Assembly (NCBI RefSeq): GCF_006345805.1
Contig: NC_043003.1
Location: 17,484,001-17,548,000, forward strand
From: Octopus sinensis
Lineage: Eukaryota
DNA length: 64,000 bases
Direction of reading: 5' to 3'
Below, piece after piece: positions 56,090 through 64,000 of this stretch; positions within the stretch are counted from its first letter, which is position 1, and every line of letters starts with the position of its first letter. The notes beneath the pieces were generated by a model. That model ran no database searches. It was not told the DNA's origin and saw only the letters and a list, made by a program, of their open reading frames with translations. The translations under genes and the position numbers were made by a program.

Positions 56090-56470
56090 ACCTCACAGGT
56101 GATCATGTGGGAACTGACTCATTATTGAAAGCTTGCCAAATACCAGGAATTGGTTGAGCAGTGTAGAAACCAGGGCTGGCAGGCACACTATGAGACAACT
56201 GATGTGGTTTGCTTGAGTTTCGTGGGGTGTTCATTCTGCAAAGCTCTCACCAGACTTAGACTTAGAGTTACAGGTGCAACAAAGAGGAGGGCTGTGAATT
56301 CCATCAATGAAACTGCAGAGATGATCACAGGAGGTCTTTGAATAAAGAAGGCAGAGTAGCGGGATGCAGGCTGGGTGGGGGTCAACTGGGTGATAGGGTC
56401 AGATGTTGAAATACTCAAAACCCCTTGAAACCACCAAAATATCACTGATGATGCATCCATGCGATATATC
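56090..56470 (+). mobile_element. 3' end of a HERO-like RLE retrotransposon
   Basis: Translation KLAKYQELVEQCRNQGWQAHYETTDVVCLSFVG...KRRAVNSINETAE resembles the HERO endonuclease C-terminus (KY..LV..CR..GW....IEVGCRGF.G). Clade assignment is from memory of the motif. Confidence 0.65.
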
Positions 56471-56754
56471 CATGTGATGTATCTTGGAATATTTCATGAA
56501 AAGCATTGCCAAGATCAATATTTGTAATTCAGTATGGCTTAATATACACAGATGCAATAACTAGATATTAAATAAATCTTATGATTATAGGTGCAAGAGT
56601 GGCTGTGTGGTAAGTAGCTTGCTTACCAACCACATGGTTCCAGGCTCAGTCCCACTGCTTGGCACCTTGGACAAGTGTCTTCTACAATAGCCTTGGGCTG
56701 ACCAAAGCCTTGTGAGTGGATTTGGTAAATGGAAACTGAAAGAAGCCCGTCGTA

Positions 56755-56785
<31 letters not shown>

Positions 56786-57137
56786 GTACATGTGTGTATA
56801 TGTTTGGATGTCTATATTTGTCTGCCCCAACATCACTTGACAATCGATGCTGGTGTGTTTACATTCCCGTAACTTAGTGGTTCGGCAAAAGAGACCAACA
56901 AAATAAATACTAGGCTTCCAAAGAATAAGTCTTGGGGGCAATTTGCTCGATGAAAGGCGGTGCTCCAGCATGGCCGCAGTCAAATGACTGAAACAAGTAA
57001 AAGAGTAAAAGAGTAAAAGAATGTAATAGTCTGATGTTCATGTATATCAGCAGTACTAAAACCCGTGCATATGTGTATACATAGATATATATAAAAAACA
57101 TTGATATACTTTGGAAAGTTATTTTCATATCATATAC

Positions 57138-57267
57138 CTGATCAAGAGTCAACTCCATGTTGGATGCATGCTGGTGACCAACCATAATCATATCACGACT
57201 GTTATCAATCATGCTCAAGTCATTCAAGTAGAGGCCTTTTGTTTGCAAGTCTTCCAAGTTTTCAATT
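57138..57267 (-). CDS. sGC-like subunit, HNOBA C-terminal exon
   Basis: Translation (L)IENLEDLQTKGLYLNDLSMIDNSRDMIMVGHQHASNMELTLDQ matches the GLY(I/L)NDLSMHD.SR signature of atypical invertebrate sGCs. AG/GT junctions, phase 2 to 0, compatible with both neighbours. Confidence 0.92.
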
Positions 57268-57493
57268 CTAATATAGAGAAATGCATACGATAATATTCTT
57301 CATTTCTTGTGAGATATATCTATATATATTATATGTATATGTAAATATCAGTGTTGATATCAATGCTTGAAATTAATTGACATTGTTTTAATGAATCAAA
57401 ACATTTGATTCGTTGAAATTTTTAAAACTTAACGACAAGTAAATACCTCAATATATTGGAAGCAAGCAATATTATATGTATATGTATGTATAT

Positions 57494-57565
<72 letters not shown>

Positions 57566-57567
57566 TA

Positions 57568-57614
<47 letters not shown>

Positions 57615-57660
57615 TATATACATATATATATACATATTTTTATATATATATATATATATA

Positions 57661-58163
57661 TATGAAATGGGACAAGAACGCAAAACATCCAGACAGTTAG
57701 GTGATACAAAAAGGGATAACAAAACGTCCAGATAGACGATACAAAGAAAACAAGAACGGGTCATTCAAAGTTTTCTTTCCTCAGTCAAGCACCAGATTAT
57801 CCTCACAATTTTGGCTGATTATTCTTGAGATCACTCCAATTATTATTTTTATTGTATTTATTATTGTATTTTATTTGTGTAACTTGGTCCGTTTTTTCCG
57901 TCCTTGTTTTTGCATACATTCGTTGCTTTCTTCCAAGGAATCTAATGCTCTGAGCTTAGTTCTTCCTTGTGGCTGACCAGATTGGAGCAATCTCACGAAT
58001 AATCAGCCAAAATTGCGAGGATAATTTGGTGCTTGACAGAGGAAAGAAAACTTCGACTGAGCCGTCCTTGTTTTTGTTGTATCATCTACCTGGATGTTTT
58101 GTTGTCCCTTTTTGTATCACCTAGCTGTCCGGATGTTTTGTGTTCCTGTCCCATTTTGTATTT

Positions 58164-58206
<43 letters not shown>

Positions 58207-58238
58207 GCATACATACACTTTGCTCTCTTATATGTATT

Positions 58239-58315
<77 letters not shown>

Positions 58316-58878
58316 TATATATATATACATATATATATACATATTTTTATATATATATATATATTATATATATATATATGAAATGGGACAAGAACGCAAA
58401 ACATCCAGACAGTTAGGTGATACAAAAAGGGATAACAAAACGTCCAGATAGACGATACAAAGAAAACAAGAACGGGTCATTCAAAGTTTTCTTTCCTCAG
58501 TCAAGCACCAGATTATCCTCACAATTTTGGCTGATTATTCTTGAGATCACTCCAATTATTATTTTTATTGTATTTATTATTGTATTTTATTGTGTAACTT
58601 GGTCCGTTTTTTCCGTCCTTGTTTTTGCATACATTCGTTGCTTTCTTCCAAGGAATCTAATGCTCTGAGCTTAGTTCTTCCTTGTGGCTGACCAGATTGG
58701 AGCAATCTCACGAATAATCAGCCAAAATTGCGAGGATAATTTGGTGCTTGACAGAGGAAAGAAAACTTCGACTGAGCCGTCCTTGTTTTTGTTGTATCAT
58801 CTACCTGGATGTTTTGTTGTCCCTTTTTGTATCACCTAGCTGTCCGGATGTTTTGTGTTCCTGTCCCATTTTGTATTT

Positions 58879-58919
<41 letters not shown>

Positions 58920-58947
58920 GCATACATACACTTTGCTCTCTTATATG

Positions 58948-58980
<33 letters not shown>
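57661..58980. repeat. Tandem duplication (~715 bp period) of an inverted-repeat element embedded in (TA)n
   Basis: 57661-58230 is near-identical to 58378-58950. Each unit has arms of about 180 bp in opposite orientation. A single related copy is at about 47240-47590. Confidence 0.9.
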
Positions 58981-58981
<1 letters not shown>

Positions 58982-59257
58982 GCTATCCTCCAAAAAGAAG
59001 GATTTCTTTCTGACTATGATAACTACTACTGTTGATCTCATGCTTATAAATATAACATCTGAAAATTGTTGTTTAAACAATCATGCACTACTCCAAGTTT
59101 CTTGAATCAGGCAATGTAACCAGACTACAAGAAAATTGGATATAAATCCATAAATCCATAACTCTATAAATCTATCAAAAACATTTTTTTTTTTGGGGAT
59201 GTTATACATAATTATTATGGTTGAATTAAATGATTTTTTGATGCTGACGGTACTCAC

Positions 59258-59406
59258 AATGGTACACATAAGAAAACAATTAACTTGGTTCCAGGAAGTT
59301 CTTTCATTTCTCCACGTAGAAGCATCTGAACTCGTTTACCATCTTCCGAATCATGAGAACATATACTGCATTCAAGTTCGAATATAACATGCTGGTATGC
59401 AATAAT
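59258..59406 (-). CDS. Soluble guanylyl cyclase-like subunit, PAS/HNOBA exon
   Basis: Minus-strand acceptor ttctttctttcttctttattcAG and donor GTGAGT. Translation IIAYQHVIFELECSICSHDSEDGKRVQMLLRGEMKELPGTKLIVFLCVP matches the sGC pattern L.LKGQM......ILFLCSP. Ends in phase 2. Confidence 0.88.
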
Positions 59407-59581
59407 CTGAATAAAGAAGAAAGAAAGAATTGTTAAAAGTTTAATTAAGAAAACTACAGATTTACATTTAAGCTGCTTTTATACATACTTTCATCGTTTT
59501 ATTTTAACATCCACTTTTCTATGCATGCATGGGTTGGACAGAATTTATTGGGACAGGTTTTCAATTACTGGATACCTTTCC

Positions 59582-59619
<38 letters not shown>

Positions 59620-59841
59620 TCCAATTCTCCCCAGTTTCCAAGCAAAGTAAGATTTCCCCATGACCTGGCATATTTTCACAGAATATTGGAAATAAAGGAC
59701 ACCTCTTACATGATGGTGACACTCGCAACTATCATGTAATGTCAAGGTAAGGGTACGTACATACATATACAAATACTTATAAATACATACATGCACACAC
59801 ACACACACACACACATACACACACACACATACTTCTCATTC

Positions 59842-59877
59842 CTTTCAGAAGAAGAGCATAGGCTCGAAACATCAACA
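59842..59877 (+). ncRNA. Degenerate hammerhead-like motif of a third repeat family
   Basis: Reads CUUU-CAGAAGA-A-GAGC(AUAG)GCUC-GAAA-CA-UC-AAC. Same layout and same extra A before stem II as the 34.7-kb motif. U4 is mutated and stem I is weak. Confidence 0.4.
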
Positions 59878-61379
59878 ATTCTTCCATTTCTCCTGAGTGT
59901 CAAACTAATACACTTTGTTTGTTGTTTCCTCACCTGTCTCTGTCTTCTGCTTTTTTCTGCTTTTTGAACCACACACACACACACACACAAACAAACAAAT
60001 ACACACACACACTCACACACACACATACACACACATACACACACACATTTTCAGTTTCCATATCTACTCTCAAAGCTTTGGTTAGCCTGAAGTTCCAGAC
60101 TATTAAACAATACACTCTCTTTAGGTTCCTTGCTGTGGGACTGAACCTGAAAACATGTAGTTGGGAAGCAAGCTTCTTACCCTGCAACCACATTTGTACT
60201 TTAAAACGTTATCCACCTTGGGCAATTGTTTCTTCTACACCCTTAGACTGACCAATATTTCTTTACATGAAACCATTGGTAGCCTTGTTAACCCACAAAT
60301 AAAGAATGTTTATCCATCAATGTGGCAAGCTAAAAGTTAAGCCCTCCTGCATCAAAGATAAAAAAGAAGAAAAATAGGAAGGGAGAGTGCCAGCAGCTTG
60401 CAATGCACTACTGACATGTCCCAAGGCCTTGTTGGTAGGAAGTGTGCCACGAATGGAGGAAGCTGTGGCCCTTCCCAGTAAAAATAATGAAGAATATGTG
60501 GTCTTCTATCTCAAGGGAGGGACTGTAAACAGCTTCGTAAATAGTTTTTTTGAAGGTCAGGAACTGAATATCCCGACCTGCATTGACAGTCCATATTGAC
60601 CTCCGCAGGTGGCTGTGGCGGTAGTGGAAGATAGTGATTTTTATCAAATAAATGAGAAGAGTGTTCTCGAGGGTCTTTGATAGGTGGGCGTCGATTTGCT
60701 TCTCTCATATTAATTTCATTATTTTGTTTATCATTTCATCTCATTAATGTAATGTCCAGCCCACAGCTACATCTGTGTAATGCCCTTGTGGTCAATTATA
60801 TGAATAAAAGTTAAAAGAAAGGTAAAGTTTCCTTCTCAAGTCATACTGAACCGTAACGGCCAGTTTTCCCATTTCTATGGCATATAAATTCTCCACCCGG
60901 ATGGGATGCCAGTCCATCGCAGGATTACTCATTTCTAATGGATTGGACTGGAATAGCATGAAATGAAGTGTTTTGCTCAAGAACACAATGTGTTGCCCAG
61001 GCCAGGAATTGAAACTGCAATCTTATAATCATGGGCCCAACACCCAAACCACTAAGCCATGCGTCTCCACCACCATTGTGGTCTTGAACACTCATTCTCA
61101 CTGTTTGACATTAGCATACATAAGTATATATATCTATATATATATATAGAAAAGGCACCAAGCTGGAATAAACATTAGCATGCCGGGCGAAATGCATAGC
61201 CGTATTTCGTCTGCCATTACGTTCTGGGTTCAAATTCCGACGAGATCGACTTTGCCTTTCATCCTTTCGGGGTCGATAAATTAAGTACCAGTTATGCACT
61301 GGGGGCGATATAATCGACTTAATCCGTTTGTTTGTCCTAGTTTGTCCCCTCTGTGTTTAGCCTCTTATGGGTAGTAAAG

Positions 61380-61415
<36 letters not shown>

Positions 61416-62290
61416 TACATGTCTGTGTATGTGTGTGTGTGTGTGCGTGTGTGTGTGTATACAATAGGATGCTGCATACCTTTTGGCAACCAAGTTCAAT
61501 CACAAAGCATTACTTGGTCCAGAGTTACAATGGAAGGCACTCGCCCAAAGTGCTGTGTAATGGAACGGATCCTGAAACTACACAGCTCCAAATCTAATTG
61601 CATAACACATAGCTACACAGCTATGCTTTGATTTTTTTTTATTATTATACAAATTACATTATATTCACCTGTACCTTATGTTAAGTTAAAAAGAAAACTG
61701 TATTAATTAATTACCAACTGAAAGACATTGTCATCAGTATAAATCTTCATTTATGAGAAAAAACAGGTGTTAGAGGCTGGCAATCTAATGGTTAAGATAG
61801 ATAAGGCAAAAGGATTAAAAATATAAAAAATTATTCGATATTCCTATTGAAAACTGAAGGTATCAATCTTCTGTGTTACGCCAAGATTGATGAGGAGATG
61901 GAATGCTGTGAAATTGTAAATAATATTGTAATTAATCAATGGCAAATCTTAGGTTATTTAATATGCCATTACCATCGTGGCCAGCATCAAGATAGCCAGT
62001 GTTATTGTCATCCATGCATCTATCCATTTCCTCCTTTTCTTTCGCCCTCCTCCCCCTCCTCCTCCTCTTCCTCCTTTTCTTTCTCCTCGGCGTTGTTATT
62101 GTCGTCATCACTGTCATCGTCATCCGCATCGTTATCATCATCATCTTCATCACCACTACCACCACTGCCACCATCACCACCACCACCACCACCTCCATCA
62201 TCATCATCATCATCATCATCCTCATCTTCATTGTCATTGCCATTGTAATTATCAATCTTCATTGTCATCATCATCATCATCATCACCACC

Positions 62291-62324
<34 letters not shown>

Positions 62325-63045
62325 TCATCATCCATCATCATCATCATCATCATCATCATTATCATTGCCATTGTCATTATCAATCCTCATTGTCATCATC
62401 ATTGTTATCATCATCATCATCACCACTGTTGTCATCACCACCATTGTCATCATCATCATCATCATTGTCATCATCATCTTCTTTATTTCACACTCACTTT
62501 TCCATTCTATGTGGGTTGGACTGACTAACTCCCTGCAAGTCAATACTTATTTAAGACTTACAACCCTCTCACATGGTCAGAGATCCCATCTCACTTCTAC
62601 ATTTGATATTTAGCATCGTTTTTAAAACTGAAAGCTTTTCCTTTCATAAACTGCTCTATAGAGTATAGAAGGAATGTTTTACCATGGCACCAGCACTGGA
62701 GATGTTGTCTTGTCATCAGCAAGACAAAAGAAAAACCCAGTCTTCTCTATCTCATGCTGTTTCTGTTTGTTTATTCAGAAACAAGGGTTTGTCTTTCAAC
62801 TCCCAAACAGCAGCAGATAGAGGAGAGAGTGATGAAAGAGGATAAAGGAAGAGAATCAGAGTGATAGGAGCAAGATTTTTATAGTGGAGAGAGTAAAGGA
62901 ACAACAAGAAAGAGAGAGAGAGTGAGAGAGAGAGAGAGAAAGTGAGGTGAAAGAGTGGTAAGATACTCAACAACAGAAGAAAGAGCCCTGGAAATGAAAT
63001 AATGATGGGAAAGACAGTAATGGGTGTTATGAGTATATGGTAGAG

Positions 63046-63913
63046 CAGTGCTTCTCAAAGTGGTGGTCCATGGACCAGTGCCAGTCTGTGAACCATCAGC
63101 TGCCTGTACGCAGCGAATTTCCAGAAAAGAAAGAAACATTATATTGGGTTGTCCGGAAAGTTTGTGCCGATTTATAGTAGCTTACCTTTCGACTTATCTT
63201 AGAACATGGTTGAGTCCATAAAATAGGATTTGGCTTCACCTCAATTTAGAGCACAGTTTAAGCTATCTTTTCGTGGAAGAAGGTTTATGTTCTTATAACC
63301 TGTGCTAATTCTGTAACCCTTTAAAATGGAAGATAAGAAAGTTCATTTTCGGCACTTGATGCTTTGGGAACCAGACAAAAAGTGCTGCAACTCAGCTGGG
63401 AGGTGTTACCCCACTCTCCATATTCACCAAATATTGCTCCTTCGGATTCCTACTTATTCAGGTCTCTGCAGAATAGTCTTAATGATAAAAATTTCAATTC
63501 CTTGGATGATGTAAAAAGATACCTTGATGAATTCTTTGCTATGAAACTACCTCAATTCTGGGAAGAGGGTATTTTCAAATTAAAGGAAAGATGGAGATGC
63601 ATTGTGAAACAAATTGGTTCATATCTGGTTGATTAAAAATGTACTGGCAAGTATTTATTGACCTTTTTCTTTCCTTTAAAAATTGGCACGAACTTTCCAG
63701 ACAACCCAATAAAATGCTTATAAAATGCTTATGTAATATTGTATTATTTGTTTACAAAATAGATATAAGATAAAAAAAATTGTCAACTTCTATTATATTC
63801 ATTATATATATTGTCTTTGGTATAAATTGATATTACTAAGAAATATTACCGGTCCCTGGCACATTGGAAAAAAAACTGCCGGTACGCTACATCAGATAGT
63901 TTGAGAAGCACTG
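63046..63913. mobile_element. hAT-type MITE hosting the deleted mariner
   Basis: 14-bp perfect TIR CAGTGCTTCTCAAA / TTTGAGAAGCACTG. Flanking 8-mers TGGTAGAG and TTGTAGAA match 6/8, consistent with an 8-bp TSD. Confidence 0.75.
63144..63709 (+). mobile_element. Internally deleted mariner element
   Basis: TA-flanked TIRs TTGGGTTGTCCGGAAAGTTTGTGCC / GGCACGAACTTTCCAGACAACCCAA. The transposase N-terminus MEDKKVHFRHLMLWE is fused out of frame to the C-terminus WEVLPHSPYSPNIAPSDSYLFRSLQNSL. Confidence 0.92.
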
Positions 63914-64000
63914 TTGTAGAAGACATAAGCAGATTTTTCCTGTTTATTGACATAAATAATTTGATATATTTGATAGGTGCAGGTACGGCTGTAAGGCTAA

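Overview
AT-rich eukaryotic DNA, dense in microsatellites and retroposons. The repeat landscape suggests an octopod cephalopod, which is an inference. Almost all ORFs in the supplied track are microsatellite artefacts. Two spliced host genes can be reconstructed with GT-AG junctions and consistent phases. (1) On +, a complete secreted fibrinogen-related (FReD/angiopoietin-like) protein: coding exons 30872-31086, 35510-35628 and 41341-42086, 359 aa. (2) On -, converging with it, seven exons (59406 down to 45983) of a divergent soluble guanylyl-cyclase subunit (PAS/HNOBA, coiled coil, class III cyclase) that lacks the first metal-binding Asp; its H-NOX exons and last exon were not found. The rest is tRNA-derived SINEs, RTE, R4/Dong-like and HERO-like LINE fragments, a decayed full-length DD34D mariner, and nested mariner/pogo/hAT/piggyBac-type MITEs. 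The most unusual signal is a set of small non-coding retroelements that sit as head-to-head inverted dimers and carry minimal type-I hammerhead ribozyme motifs. The best case (34688-35334) has a tRNA-like Pol III head, an (AAT)n spacer and a hammerhead tail, and the whole dimer is flanked by one 14-bp target-site duplication. This suggests a Penelope-like/retrozyme-type mobilisation system using a SINE-type promoter.
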